Shown: one piece after another, positions 61,641 to 64,000 of the stretch
How positions within the stretch are numbered: the stretch's first letter is position 1
Layout: the number at the start of each line of letters is the position of its first letter
Source of the DNA: Hydrolagus colliei
Lineage: Eukaryota
DNA length: 64,000 nt
Reading direction: 5' to 3'
Assembly (NCBI GenBank): GCA_035084275.1
Contig: CM068748.1
Coordinates: 10,230,001 to 10,294,000 of the forward strand
Translations under genes and position numbers: made by a program
The notes under the pieces: generated by a model
Database searches by the model: none
What the model saw: the letters and a program-made list of their open reading frames with translations, nothing else
What the model was told of the DNA's origin: nothing

Positions 61641-63435
61641 CATTGGCTGTGATAGCGCTGTTACACACACAGTACTGTTGCCCGTATGCACTTGGCTTTG
61701 TAACCACATCGAGGTCAAGAGTTACGTTTTTATTGTTCGTTCACAATGTACATCTCAGGGTCGAGCTGGCGAGCCAGGCCTAACAAACCAAAGGGCAACT
61801 CGTGAAATGATCTGGCTTTGGAAGGGTTTGGGTGGGTGTCCATCACCATCCTTAAGAGAAGCCAAACCAACCGGAAGACTATGCAACCTTCCTATACTGT
61901 ATGTGAAATTCCAGCGGTATATGATTGGGTCATATATATATATACTATATATTAGGTCACCACATTTAGCTTGGTGTGGCGACAATACTTGGCTTAATCA
62001 AATGCTTTATATCCATGGAACAGAATGCTCTCCAATGAAAGCTGTCATATGCGCGTGTTGCAACTAAGTTTTAAGATTGTTCTAAATCATTAAAAATGCA
62101 GCATGTTCTAATATTTGTTATTTTTTCGTCTATACAGTGTTTCGAGATTTACACCAGAAATGAAAACACTTGACAACCATTTCAACTGGAAAGTGGTTTG
62201 AGTTTGAGAGGATTTTTTTTCCCCCTTTTCCACTTTCCCCGTTTATTCTCTAAAGACCCTTCACTAATTTTTCCATCTGTGGGGTAGTGTTCCAAGGGTT
62301 CTTATCAACCTCTAGTGTCTCAGCCGTAATATTTTGGAAGATGTTTGATGAAGTATTTTGTACACCATGTTGTTTTGTGAAGCAATAACTTTCCATCTAT
62401 TCTGCATCGTCTTTGAAAGGAATGTTTTCCCAGATTACTGCAACATTTTTAATGTTGTTAAATGCTTAGAATTTGTTATTGATGGAACAGAAGTTGTTAG
62501 CTCATAGGAAACCTTTGAATGTAGTTATTCCAGGGATCAATAATCCAATCAAATTCTGTTTGTAATATTATGATGATGGTAAGAATTATCCAGTGTTCGA
62601 AATTGATGTGAAATAGTGGCCGCATTCTCAATTTCTTGCTTTTGTCTTTACATTGTTCAAACTTCTCTGGTGAATAACTGTAAAGATTGTTCAGCTGTTT
62701 GTTATTTCTCAGCTTTAATCACCCTGCATTCACAACATACTCAAGATACCAGGTTTACCAATACATCTGCTGAGAATTATGGATGGATTACGTACTTGTA
62801 CACAGATTTGCAAAGCTATGATTATTTACCACGGGGTTACAAGTAAATGAACGGTTTAGCAACTCAACGTGCTTTGACCTTTATCTAAATAGGCAGCGTA
62901 GAGCTATTTGTTTAATTATTGCAATTTCAAATGTTAATTAAAAACTGGGTTGATGCCAACATAAATTGTGCTGCTTCTCTATTCTTAAGGCTACCTGAAG
63001 GAGTTGTTTTTTGAAACAATACGATTTGCCTCTACGGTGTAAGCATTGTGGTTTCTAATTTCAATGAATATGTTCCATTCAGTGCTCATTTGGACAGTTT
63101 AGGAACTGAACAAACTATTTTCTCACTGCTGATAAATGTGTATTAACCACATCACTATGTACAGTAAAAACTGATCACTAACCTGCATCAATACTGGAAT
63201 GAATGTACAAGCCAGCTGAATATATTATATATGGTGGTAGTTATGAAATCCAATCCGAAAATTTCACTTGGCCAGAGGAAAGAGGCTGTGTAGTCGCAAG
63301 TAAAATCTTTGAGGAACTGGGGCAGGAGGGATTTTCACATTGCTAGGTCCTGCAAACACAAAATCAAAAATGATGATTAGTTACTTTCCAACAGCAACAT
63401 GCACGATTAAAAGGTAAGCAACTGGTGCTGTTTAT

Positions 63436-63765
63436 TAATAATAACAATAACAATAATAATCCTTGCATTTGATATAGCACTTTTCACATCTTATCGCCAT
63501 CCCAAAGCGCTTCACAGAATATGCTGTAAAGTGAATTGACTGGGCGAATCGCGGCAGCGAATTGCACACAGCAGTGTCCCACAACAGTCGTGGATTGAAA
63601 TGACCAATTTTATTATTGTTTTTTTTTTAGACGGATTATTAGGCGTGTGGAGTAAGGAAACTTGCCCAAGGTTTCGCCCTGACTTTGGATTCGAACACAG
63701 GTCTCCCCAGCTCGGGTCTCCCCAGCGTGCAAGACAAGTGCTCTAACCACTAAGCCATAGGAGCT
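63436..63765 (-). mobile_element. Full-length tRNA-derived SINE
   Basis: Reverse complement of the 24049 copy, with a short internal duplication (ggtctccccagc x2). Confidence 0.9.
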
Positions 63766-64000
63766 GCTAGTTTACTGCTAGTTCCAGTGCTGGAATTATT
63801 TTTTATGGCATGAGTTTGAGGGCACCTCTGTGACAAGTGTTTAATTGATTGTTATATTTATCTGTGATTTATTAGTGACTGGATGCATAACTAATGGTGA
63901 CTTATTTATTTTCAGCAGAATACAGTAAGACAATAAAGTTTACTTTATAATTGATTGACTGCATTCTGTTTTTAAGAACACTTTCAATATACTGTCTCCC

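Noticed and set aside
61459-62067. 202-aa ORF divergent from HERC4
   Set aside because: No recognisable motif; it starts in the stop-poor CpG island and has no supporting splice pattern.

Overview
Vertebrate genomic DNA. The L2/CR1 LINE and Deu-type tRNA-SINE content suggests a cartilaginous fish, possibly a chimaera (inference). The window holds the conserved DNAJC12(-)/SIRT1(+)/HERC4(-) block, an intact four-exon COX5B-family gene between SIRT1 and HERC4, and a tRNA-Ser(UGA) gene at 4308-4389. All four protein genes were rebuilt exon by exon with consistent splice phases. The most unusual signal lies at ~7.3-12.3 kb (+): phase-compatible but stop- and frameshift-riddled exons, split by an L2 insertion. 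Their translation resembles a cGAS/Mab-21-like nucleotidyltransferase (cGLR) with an unrecognised C-terminal extension, so this is a candidate dead innate-immune gene (by-eye alignment only). Also present: three hAT-type MITEs (two with perfect 8-bp TSDs, one of them in the SIRT1 3' UTR), a Tigger-like MITE, a fold-back palindrome, a GC-AG intron, a 24-nt HERC4 microexon and a 292-N gap.
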